Below are positions 30,701 through 37,968 of a stretch of DNA of 64,000 nt, piece by piece; the first letter of the stretch is position 1; each line of letters opens with the position of its first letter. This DNA is from Bacteroidia bacterium. Lineage in GTDB: Bacteria > Bacteroidota > Bacteroidia > 2-12-FULL-35-15. A program made the translations under genes and the position numbers. Below the pieces are notes generated by a model. The model did no database searches and had not been told where the DNA came from. It saw nothing but the letters and a program-made list of their open reading frames with translations. The DNA is taken from contig JAVHPE010000095.1 in NCBI GenBank assembly GCA_036170475.1, forward strand, positions 36,906-100,905. Direction: 5' to 3'.

Positions 30701-30782
30701 TCTTAATAAAGGTTTGTATTTCCTTGCTATTACAGAAGAAGGAAGGGCAGTCAAAACGTCTAAAATTATTATTACTAACTAA
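27768..30782 (+). CDS. Right-handed parallel beta-helix repeat protein with CSLREA-like N-terminal motif and T9SS C-terminal sorting domain
   Basis: 1004 aa with a signal peptide. N-terminal GSGSLRQAIT motif. About 20 tandem ~22-aa PbH1-like repeats (GNYIG.D..G.....N..GI). C-terminal SVYPNPASDQLKISF.. T9SS CTD. Confidence 0.8.
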   Translation: MKSKTTLFKIFIICFFALVFSKTNASTFTVINTLDAGSGSLRQAITSAGTNPYDADNIIFNIPTSDPNYNASTGVFTISPASLLPTVNSISVSIDGTTQPGNTNPNGPEICIKSTANLSYALCFPFSGCSVKGLIINGFQYGVILTKYGTFPSGSCTVANCYIGVNYDGSAALSNDIGIVLYGDVATNTIKDNLISGNTTAGIGVRKSNGNVIQGNKIGCDRTGMYAIPNYYGVAIDSSANNTVGGNTALQRNIISGNLSAGVAINTNVSHDNTVKGNYIGININGIARTDTIPNFYGIAINDSYNNIIGGASAAERNIISGNSDGGISILGPNAKNMTIKGNYIGTNISGTDSIPNANGILLSGTSGNTIGGSNTGEGNLISGNKSAGIALAYSGTRLNTIIGNYIGTDFQGTQILSNYTGIYLKSNANKNTIGGSTPGERNIISGNIEMALCIESSDSNTVKGNYIGPDVTGMNALKLSNDTLVQANGLYFNSNSKYNTAGGYGAGEGNVISGNRIYGHDYYGNSSYNPTIGNYIGVDATGNNPMPNATGICMDGGSNHNPIINNVLSGNRAYGIFIVTTGTDYNVLNGNKIGTNAAGTDSVPNQIGLILGGGTKHNTIGGTTTADRNIISGNRFDGIEVADTYTSLNDIIGNYIGTDISGTLALPNYNGIGFASSPSKNNIENNVISGNSYCGLILYEQCDSNTVYSNKIGVSMDGTTILKNNTAGIVIAKGSKYNIIGALNKGNIIANHDSIGIAVIDTGTVFNTISANQIYGNGIMGIDLYPYGVNNNDVSDNDIGSNELMNYPVIQNVYLDWSSGIATITGTMDCATYSGPDGIKIELFKSNGTNMFNHGDATAFLGDTVVVGSSGNWSFNCTGLTSSDMVTATATDVKGNTSEFAQNIGITVSVNENNSGNEYSVYPNPASDQLKISFYSLSEKNVEINLFSITGELVKIIENKKFSIGKVELNYDISELHLNKGLYFLAITEEGRAVKTSKIIITN

Positions 30783-30828
30783 TCAAATCCCGACAGGTTT
30801 TTATAATCTGTCAGGATTAAACACTATT

Positions 30829-32880
30829 ATGACAAACAAATACTCCTTTTCCCTTTTCCTTATTTTAATTGTTGTTAATATTTCAAATGCCACTGTTTAT
30901 ACGGTAACAAATACAAACAATTCAGGAGCCGGTTCATTACGACAAGCAATTACCGATGTGAATATATACCCCGGTACACATACCATTTCATTTAATATTC
31001 CTACTACAGATCCAAATTATATTTCCTCACAAGGGGTATGGAAAATCACTCCAACAGCCACATTGCCAATTATTACGAGGAACAATGTATTGATTGATGG
31101 AACTACACAAACTACTAATCAGGGAGATACGAATCCTCTCGGACCTGAAATATTGATTGATGGTAATAATTTGTACGTTTCTGATTTTGCTTTTCATTTA
31201 TATAATGTTTCCGGGGCAACCATCAAAGGTTTTATCATTGGACGATTTACGGTTGGCATAGAGATTTCAGGCACAAGCCACGACAATATTATTGCAGAGA
31301 ATTATGTTGGTTGCAATTATAATGCTACCGACACTTTGAGTAATACGCATGGCATCGAATTATTGAGTGGTCCATACCACAATACCATTGGGGGATCCTC
31401 CATAAGCGATAGAAATATTTTTTCAGGAAATAATCATGTTGGAATTCGCGTAGTAAATTCTAACAGCAATATTATTAAAGGAAATTATGTTGGGCTCAAC
31501 CGCACTGGTGATGGCGCTGTTAGAAACTTTGATGGGATCAGTATTGAGGGAACATCAAAATACAATTTGATTGGCGGTTATACTTCCGCTGAAAGAAATT
31601 ATGTTTCCGGTAATGATGCCTATGGAATTCCGGTGTTTGGTACAGGGTGCAGTTACAATATTATCGTTGGAAATTATGTGGGGACAGATATTACAGGTAC
31701 CGATTCAATTCCTAACACTTACGGAGTTTTATTTGATGATGGTGCAAGTTATAACCGTCTGGGCGGACAACATGCAGGAGCCGGCAATTTATTGTCGGGC
31801 AATTCCGGTTATGGAGTTTTTCTTTATAATCCGGGAACACAAAAAGATACTGTTATTGGAAATCTTATTGGGACTGATGTTTCGGGTACATTGCCCTTGG
31901 CAAATTCAATTGGTATAGTAATAGACGGACCCTCTTATAAACATTATATCGACAGCAATGTGGTTTCAGCAAATCGCCAAAATGGTATTATTATTCATCT
32001 TAGTGGAAGCGATAGCAATATGGTGGTTAGGAATAAAATCGGAACAGATATTACCGGAACTCAGGCTCTCGGAAATGTATTTGACGGAATCAGAATAGGC
32101 GAAGGTCCACAGCATAATATAATAGGCAAACCGGGCAAAGGTAATATCATTGCCAATAATGGTGGTAATGGAATTACGGTTATGACCCCTGCGGAATTGT
32201 ATAATATTTTTACTGAAAATTCCATTTATAATAATGCAGGACTCGGCATTGACCTTTGGCCAGCGGGACCAACAAGTAATGATATAGGAGATGCGGACAC
32301 AGGACCAAATGATTTGATGAATTTTCCGGTGATTCAGAATTTGAATCTGAATACTTCCAACGGAGTTACAACTATCTCCGGAATTATTGATTATACAGTA
32401 TTTGGCGGAGCAAACGGAATAAAAATAGAATTGTTCAAATCGGATAATGATGCATCAGGCTATGGAGAAGGGAAAGAATTCATTGGCTCCGTTTTAGCTG
32501 ATGCTGCCGGCAATTGGGCATTTAGTTGTTCCTGCCTTACAGGCTCTGATATTGTTACTTCTACTGCTACCGACTTATTGGGGAACACTTCTGAGTTTTC
32601 TTTAAATGGCAGTATTACCGTAGGACTGGATGATATAACGAATGATAATGTGGTGCTATATCCCAATCCTGCCAATTCAGTTTTAACAGTTAAATTTTTA
32701 AACAGTAAGTTTCAAAATACGGATTATAAAATTATAAATATATTTGGAGAGCTTGTTTTGAAAGGAAATTTAAAAGAAAGTGAAAATAATATCGATATAA
32801 ACATCTTATCCAAAGGTATTTATTATTTGCAAATACAAAGTAAAGTTAATGTGGTAATCAGAAAAATTATAAAGGAATAA
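30829..32880 (+). CDS. Right-handed parallel beta-helix repeat protein, paralog of 27768..30782, with T9SS C-terminal sorting domain
   Basis: Same architecture as the upstream paralog: GAGSLRQAIT, PbH1-like repeats and VLYPNPANSVLTVKF CTD. The ORF is open from 30682, but the signal peptide starts at Met 30829. Confidence 0.8.
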   Translation: MTNKYSFSLFLILIVVNISNATVYTVTNTNNSGAGSLRQAITDVNIYPGTHTISFNIPTTDPNYISSQGVWKITPTATLPIITRNNVLIDGTTQTTNQGDTNPLGPEILIDGNNLYVSDFAFHLYNVSGATIKGFIIGRFTVGIEISGTSHDNIIAENYVGCNYNATDTLSNTHGIELLSGPYHNTIGGSSISDRNIFSGNNHVGIRVVNSNSNIIKGNYVGLNRTGDGAVRNFDGISIEGTSKYNLIGGYTSAERNYVSGNDAYGIPVFGTGCSYNIIVGNYVGTDITGTDSIPNTYGVLFDDGASYNRLGGQHAGAGNLLSGNSGYGVFLYNPGTQKDTVIGNLIGTDVSGTLPLANSIGIVIDGPSYKHYIDSNVVSANRQNGIIIHLSGSDSNMVVRNKIGTDITGTQALGNVFDGIRIGEGPQHNIIGKPGKGNIIANNGGNGITVMTPAELYNIFTENSIYNNAGLGIDLWPAGPTSNDIGDADTGPNDLMNFPVIQNLNLNTSNGVTTISGIIDYTVFGGANGIKIELFKSDNDASGYGEGKEFIGSVLADAAGNWAFSCSCLTGSDIVTSTATDLLGNTSEFSLNGSITVGLDDITNDNVVLYPNPANSVLTVKFLNSKFQNTDYKIINIFGELVLKGNLKESENNIDINILSKGIYYLQIQSKVNVVIRKIIKE

Positions 32881-32909
32881 GGGTTCCCCCCTATCAGAAG
32901 AGAATAGTT

Positions 32910-33968
32910 ATGGCAAAAATAAAACAAAACTCATTTTTCAAAAAAACAATAATTGCGTTATTTCTTATTCTGGTAATTGTTGGTGGGATAGGAGGATATT
33001 ATGCCTACAAAACTATTTATCAACCCAATATTAATTCAATTGATAAAAAATCACAAATTATTTATATCCCAACAGGATCAAGCTTTACAGATGTTATGGA
33101 TATTTTAAATGAACATAGTATTTTAAAAAATCAATCAACTTTTGAATTCCTTGCAGAAAAAAAGAAATATAAAAATGCGGTAAAACCTGGTAAATACCGC
33201 ATATTAGCTAATATGAGCAATAATGCATTGATTAATTTATTAAGAGCAGGAATTCAGGAGCCTGTCGAACTGAATTTCAATGGAATAAAAACCACCAATC
33301 AGCTTATTTCCAGACTGTGCCGAAGAATTGAAGCTGATTCGATTTCACTTTATAAAGCAATGAATGATAATGACTTTTTAAGTAAATACGGCTTCAACGC
33401 TGGTAACGTGCAAACTTTATTTATCCCTGATACCTATAAATTTTATTGGAATACTTCTGTAGATGAATTTTTTGAGCGGATGTATAAAGAGTACAAAAAA
33501 ATCTGGACAACTGCACGTAAGAAAAAAGCTATTGAAATTAAGTATTCGCCAACAGAGGTGGCTATATTAGCATCTATTGTTCAGGGAGAGCAGTGTTGCG
33601 ATAATTCAGAAAAGAAAATAATAGCAGGTTTGTATATTAATCGTTTAAAACAAGATAAATTATTACAATCTGATCCTACCGTTATTTTTGCGATTGGGGA
33701 TTTTTCCATTCAACGTGTTTCATTTGAACAAACACATTATGAATCACCTTATAATACTTATCTTAACAAAGGCTTACCTCCAGGTCCCATTGGTTTTGCT
33801 CAGGAATCTTCAATTGATGCCGTTCTCAATTATGATAAAAATAATTACATTTTTATGTGCGCTAAGGAAGACTTATCCGGGAAACATTATTTTTCTACCA
33901 GCTATGAACAGCATTGTGTGTTCGCACAAAAATATCGTGATGCTTTGAATAGTAGAGGAATTCATTGA
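32910..33968 (+). CDS. mltG: Endolytic murein transglycosylase MltG (YceG family)
   Basis: 352 aa with an N-terminal TM anchor. YceG-like domain (..LASIVQGE......II.LYINRL......LQSDPTV.....). Confidence 0.85.
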   Translation: MAKIKQNSFFKKTIIALFLILVIVGGIGGYYAYKTIYQPNINSIDKKSQIIYIPTGSSFTDVMDILNEHSILKNQSTFEFLAEKKKYKNAVKPGKYRILANMSNNALINLLRAGIQEPVELNFNGIKTTNQLISRLCRRIEADSISLYKAMNDNDFLSKYGFNAGNVQTLFIPDTYKFYWNTSVDEFFERMYKEYKKIWTTARKKKAIEIKYSPTEVAILASIVQGEQCCDNSEKKIIAGLYINRLKQDKLLQSDPTVIFAIGDFSIQRVSFEQTHYESPYNTYLNKGLPPGPIGFAQESSIDAVLNYDKNNYIFMCAKEDLSGKHYFSTSYEQHCVFAQKYRDALNSRGIH

Positions 33969-34006
33969 TAGAAAAAAAATCGTAATTTTGTTTAAAATTT
34001 TTAAAA

Positions 34007-34237
34007 ATGAATATTCAGGCAGAAAAATTAGAGTTGATAAAAATGCTTGTAACTATACAAGACTCAGCACTTTTGAAAAAAATCAAAAAACTTTTGGAAA
34101 AAGAGCAAAGTGATGACTTTTTTTGCAATTTGAGTAATGAGCAAATAGCTTCTATAGAGAGAGGGTTAGAGGATGTAAAAAAGGGAAAAACAATTCCACA
34201 TGAAAAAGTAAAGAAGCGTTATTCAAAATGGCTTTAG
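34007..34237 (+). CDS. Type II antitoxin (ParD/RelB-like), partner of the overlapping toxin
   Basis: 76 aa, helical. Overlaps the downstream RelE/ParE-like gene by 10 nt. Confidence 0.55.
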   Translation: MNIQAEKLELIKMLVTIQDSALLKKIKKLLEKEQSDDFFCNLSNEQIASIERGLEDVKKGKTIPHEKVKKRYSKWL

Positions 34238-34524
34238 AAATTATTTGGTCGGAGGAAGCGGATTTTAATTTAGATTCGATAATTAAATATTTGCAAAGTA
34301 ATTGGACTGAAAAAGAATTAAAGAGTTTTTCTGTAAAATTAGAAGAACAATTATCCTTAATATCAGAATTTCCATTACTTTACAAACAATCACAACGTTT
34401 ACATGGCACTCACGAATGTGTTTTGACAAAGCATAATTCATTATTTTATGTAGTTGATAAAAATTCAATTTATATCCTTTCGATTTGGGACAATCGGCAA
34501 AACCCACTAAAACTTAAAAAATAA
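34228..34524 (+). CDS. Type II toxin, RelE/ParE family
   Basis: 98 aa. ParE-like N-terminus (LEIIWSEEADFNLDSIIKYL). Size and operon context fit a TA module. Confidence 0.65.
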   Translation: MALEIIWSEEADFNLDSIIKYLQSNWTEKELKSFSVKLEEQLSLISEFPLLYKQSQRLHGTHECVLTKHNSLFYVVDKNSIYILSIWDNRQNPLKLKK

Positions 34525-34527
34525 TTT

Positions 34528-35934
34528 ATGACAAAAATTAAATTCGGAACAGATGGCTGGAGAGCTATCATAGCAAAAGATTTTACTGTTGACAATGTTG
34601 CACGAGTTACGATTGCAGCAGCTGAATGGGTAAAGAAAAATTTTGATAAACCAACAGTAGTTGTTGGACATGATACCAGGTTTGCAGGTGAGCTATTTGC
34701 AGAAACCACTGCTTTAGTGCTTGCCAATAGTGGTGTCAAGGTATATCTTGCAAAAGATTTTGTATCAACCCCCATGATTTCCTTAGGCGCAAAAAAACTA
34801 GGCACTTCATTAGGAGTTATTATTACTGCATCACATAACCCACCATCCTACAATGGTTATAAATTGAAAGGGGGGTTTGGAGGCCCATTATTGTCGGAGG
34901 ATATTCAACTAATTGAAGATAATATTCCTGCGAAAAACTCTATTGGTCTTGATAAACTTTCGATTGAAGATTTTGTAAAATCCGGGCTGATTGAATATGT
35001 TGATTTAGAAACAATGTATGTTGATCATGTGGAGAAAAACTTTGATATGGATGCCATACGAAATACAAAAATGAATTTCGCTTATGATGCCATGTATGGT
35101 GCCGGACAAAACGTAATGCGCAGGATTTTACCAGACATTACCTTTTTACATTGTGATGAAAATCCCGGGTTTGAGGGGCAGGCTCCGGAACCAATTCATA
35201 AAAACTTACAACCCTTTTCTTCTTTAATTTCTGAGAGCGGTGATATTGATTGCGGCTTAGCAACCGATGGAGATGCTGACAGAATAGGCTTATACAACAG
35301 CAAAGGAGAATTTGTAGATTCACATCATATCATACTTTTATTGATTAACTATTTAGTTAAAGAGAAAAAATTTACCGGGAAAATAGTCAATGCCTTTTCG
35401 GTAACACCACGGGTAAAAAAAATGTGTGAATATTATGGTTTGGAATATCAGGTTGTAAAAATCGGCTTTAAACATATTGCCGGAATTATGATTTCGGAAG
35501 ATGTTTTGCTTGGTGGCGAAGAGAGTGGAGGCATAGCAATTAAAGGTCATATCCCTGAGCGCGATGGTATCTGGATGGGATTAACGATATGGGAATACAT
35601 GGTTAAATCTGGGAAATCATTAGATGATTTAATTCAGGAAGTGTATAAAATTGTTGGTCCATTCAAATTTGAACGCAGTGATATGCACCTGAAAGAAACA
35701 GTAAAAGTGGCAATTGTGGAAAATTGCAAGAACAATAAATACAGCGCTTTCGGACCGTATAAAGTGGATCATGTTGAAACAATAGATGGCTGGAAATATT
35801 TCTTTAAAAATGGAGATTGGTTGATGATACGCGCTTCCGGTACAGAACCTGTATTGCGGAATTATGCGGAATCAGAAACAACTGAAAAAGCTTTTGCTAT
35901 TTTGAAAGCAGCTGAGAAAGCGTTGTTGGGGTAA
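34528..35934 (+). CDS. Phosphohexose mutase (phosphoglucomutase/phosphomannomutase family)
   Basis: 468 aa. Active-site loop TASHNPPSYNGYK and Mg-binding DGDADR. Four-domain PGM/PMM layout. Confidence 0.9.
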   Translation: MTKIKFGTDGWRAIIAKDFTVDNVARVTIAAAEWVKKNFDKPTVVVGHDTRFAGELFAETTALVLANSGVKVYLAKDFVSTPMISLGAKKLGTSLGVIITASHNPPSYNGYKLKGGFGGPLLSEDIQLIEDNIPAKNSIGLDKLSIEDFVKSGLIEYVDLETMYVDHVEKNFDMDAIRNTKMNFAYDAMYGAGQNVMRRILPDITFLHCDENPGFEGQAPEPIHKNLQPFSSLISESGDIDCGLATDGDADRIGLYNSKGEFVDSHHIILLLINYLVKEKKFTGKIVNAFSVTPRVKKMCEYYGLEYQVVKIGFKHIAGIMISEDVLLGGEESGGIAIKGHIPERDGIWMGLTIWEYMVKSGKSLDDLIQEVYKIVGPFKFERSDMHLKETVKVAIVENCKNNKYSAFGPYKVDHVETIDGWKYFFKNGDWLMIRASGTEPVLRNYAESETTEKAFAILKAAEKALLG

Positions 35935-36059
35935 AATAAGTCTCAAAAAAACAACAGAAAAGTAAAATAACCACGGAGACACGGAGAACACAAAGAAGCA
36001 CGGAAGAAAATTATTTGAAACTCTGTGAACTCTGTGTTTCTGTATTAAAAACCGTTCCT

Positions 36060-36584
36060 TTACTCCTTCTCAGTATTTTCAAACTTCACAATATCCGCTG
36101 CAAAGTCCATAAAAAATTTATGAGCGGATGTAAACATAAAACGATTATCAGCTGTCTTTTCAATAATGTTCCTACGATTAAGCGTATTAATGAAGTTCTT
36201 GCGTGAGTCAGCATCCTTTAATTGTTTGTTTGATAAAATTAAATCAATATAGGATGAGTTAGTAAAATAATTTTCGATTTCTTCAATTTCAAATTCACTA
36301 AATTGAATGCGTTCTAAAAAATTTTTTCCATCTCGGTCAAGCTCATAGCTTAAAAGTGCAAAAAATATACAGATATCACGGGACAACATTTCATTGGATT
36401 CATCAGAAACCAGATAAACAAAATCCTGAGTGATTTTTAAATCATAGTTGAATGATGCTTTAAAAAAATAGGTGTACGATTGTTCGTTATCCTTCAGAAC
36501 TGCGTATGTACGCTCTTGTGGTAATATAAATTTACCACTCATTAAATCTTCTACAATTTGGCGATGATGATTAGGAAATTCCAT
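36060..36584 (-). CDS. Hypothetical helical protein, third gene of the SMC-like ATPase operon (size compatible with a MukE/JetB/ScpB-like partner)
   Basis: 174 aa. Overlaps the upstream gene by 14 nt. No motif recognised. Confidence 0.5.
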   Translation of the reverse strand: MEFPNHHRQIVEDLMSGKFILPQERTYAVLKDNEQSYTYFFKASFNYDLKITQDFVYLVSDESNEMLSRDICIFFALLSYELDRDGKNFLERIQFSEFEIEEIENYFTNSSYIDLILSNKQLKDADSRKNFINTLNRRNIIEKTADNRFMFTSAHKFFMDFAADIVKFENTEKE

Positions 36585-37764
36585 GTTTATTGATTGTTAT
36601 TTTAGGAACAGTTACTGTTAAATCGTTAATTTTTATTTTGTCGAATTCAGGCTTTTTACCAAAATCTCGCTCAATATCCTCATCAAAAGCCAACGTGGTA
36701 AGTGCAAAGAATTTTTCAATTTCTACTTTCTTATATTCTTCCTTTAGCGTTTTGTTACACCACTTGAAAAAATCACTTACCGGCAAATTAGATTTTAATT
36801 TATGAGTAAAAAATTCTTTATCAAAAATCCATTTTTCTTCCGTATTAATTTCTTCCTCAAAATAAACTGCAGGATCATTTTTAAATTGTTCAAAAATTTC
36901 TGAAGCGTTAAAGAAAGTATTGTTGGAATAAATATTTGTCCTCTTAGCTTCAAATAATTCAGGTACTTTTTGTTTATAAGGATTTTTCAGGAATGTTATC
37001 CAGCCAGTCAGAATAATTGATTCAGTGCGAATACGTTCTATTAGCGGCAGTAATTCATTGGTTAAAATTTTTGATTGTTTTAATAAATTATCATTCACTT
37101 GAATCAATTGAAAATAAAGTTTTTCAAATAAAACACGTGAATTTTCCTCATCGCAGTTCAAACGATATTTATTTGAAAACTCAGATATATCATATAATTT
37201 ATTAGTAATAGATGTGGTATGATTAATGTCCAGAATTTTGTTGAGTGGAATAATATATTCATCAATCCATCTTGAAGCACGGACAATCTTTTCGCGGTAA
37301 TCAATTTTCTTTACATTGGCTTTTAATTCACGCGTTTCATTCAACAAACTAATGGTATTTTTTTCTACCATCTCATAGAATGCCCTAATTTCATTGGACA
37401 ATTCAATTAAGCGTTGATTTAAAATTACTTTATCCCCTTTTATATTCTCTTTAATTTTACGAAATAATTCAGCGATTGAAACATGATATTTTTCAATTGT
37501 CTCAGGCAACATTGGCTTAAACTCACTTAAAATAAACTCAATCAGGTTATAATAAACAGTCCGTATTTCGTAATTATCATTAACCGCGCTTAATATTTTA
37601 TAGTCGATAAGCTGAGATTTAATATCACTATTGTGTTTAGAAGTAATTTGATTTAACGTTTCGAAAGTAATAACACCGGCTTTCGTTTGTGTTTCATACA
37701 ATTCATTGATAATATCAAAATACTCTAATAAAAAGCGCAGTATGGTTCTTGGTTCAGCTTTCAT
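36571..37764 (-). CDS. Hypothetical helical protein, second gene of the SMC-like ATPase operon (possible kleisin-like partner)
   Basis: 397 aa, all-helical. No motif recognised. Downstream of the ATPase after a 204-nt spacer carrying a palindromic element. Confidence 0.5.
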   Translation of the reverse strand: MKAEPRTILRFLLEYFDIINELYETQTKAGVITFETLNQITSKHNSDIKSQLIDYKILSAVNDNYEIRTVYYNLIEFILSEFKPMLPETIEKYHVSIAELFRKIKENIKGDKVILNQRLIELSNEIRAFYEMVEKNTISLLNETRELKANVKKIDYREKIVRASRWIDEYIIPLNKILDINHTTSITNKLYDISEFSNKYRLNCDEENSRVLFEKLYFQLIQVNDNLLKQSKILTNELLPLIERIRTESIILTGWITFLKNPYKQKVPELFEAKRTNIYSNNTFFNASEIFEQFKNDPAVYFEEEINTEEKWIFDKEFFTHKLKSNLPVSDFFKWCNKTLKEEYKKVEIEKFFALTTLAFDEDIERDFGKKPEFDKIKINDLTVTVPKITINKHGIS

Positions 37765-37803
37765 TTGAAAATTATTTCTTTGTTTAAAATTATAAATAAT
37801 CGT

Positions 37804-37966
37804 CTACCCTGGCAGGGTTTCAAACCCTGTAAGGGCTTATGGTCCAATATAAATTACGATTCCAATTAAATTACATAATTTTATTTTACTCCAAACAGCT
37901 TTGAATTACACTTTTATCCAAATGCCTAAACCCCTGACAGGGTTTGAAACCCTGTCAGGGGATAGT
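37804..37966. mobile_element. MITE-like element: two related perfect palindromes (core CAGGGTTTnAAACCCTG) forming ~30-bp terminal inverted repeats around an AT-rich ~95-nt core. It fills the intergenic gap inside the SMC-like operon.
   Basis: ctaccctggcagggtttcaaaccctgtaaggg ... cccctgacagggtttgaaaccctgtcagggg. Confidence 0.55.
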
Positions 37967-37968
37967 TA

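Noticed and set aside
30682-30828. Upstream extension of the second beta-helix gene (ORF opens at 30682)
   Set aside because: The signal peptide and homology to the upstream paralogue begin at Met 30829. The extension overlaps the paralogue's 3' end.
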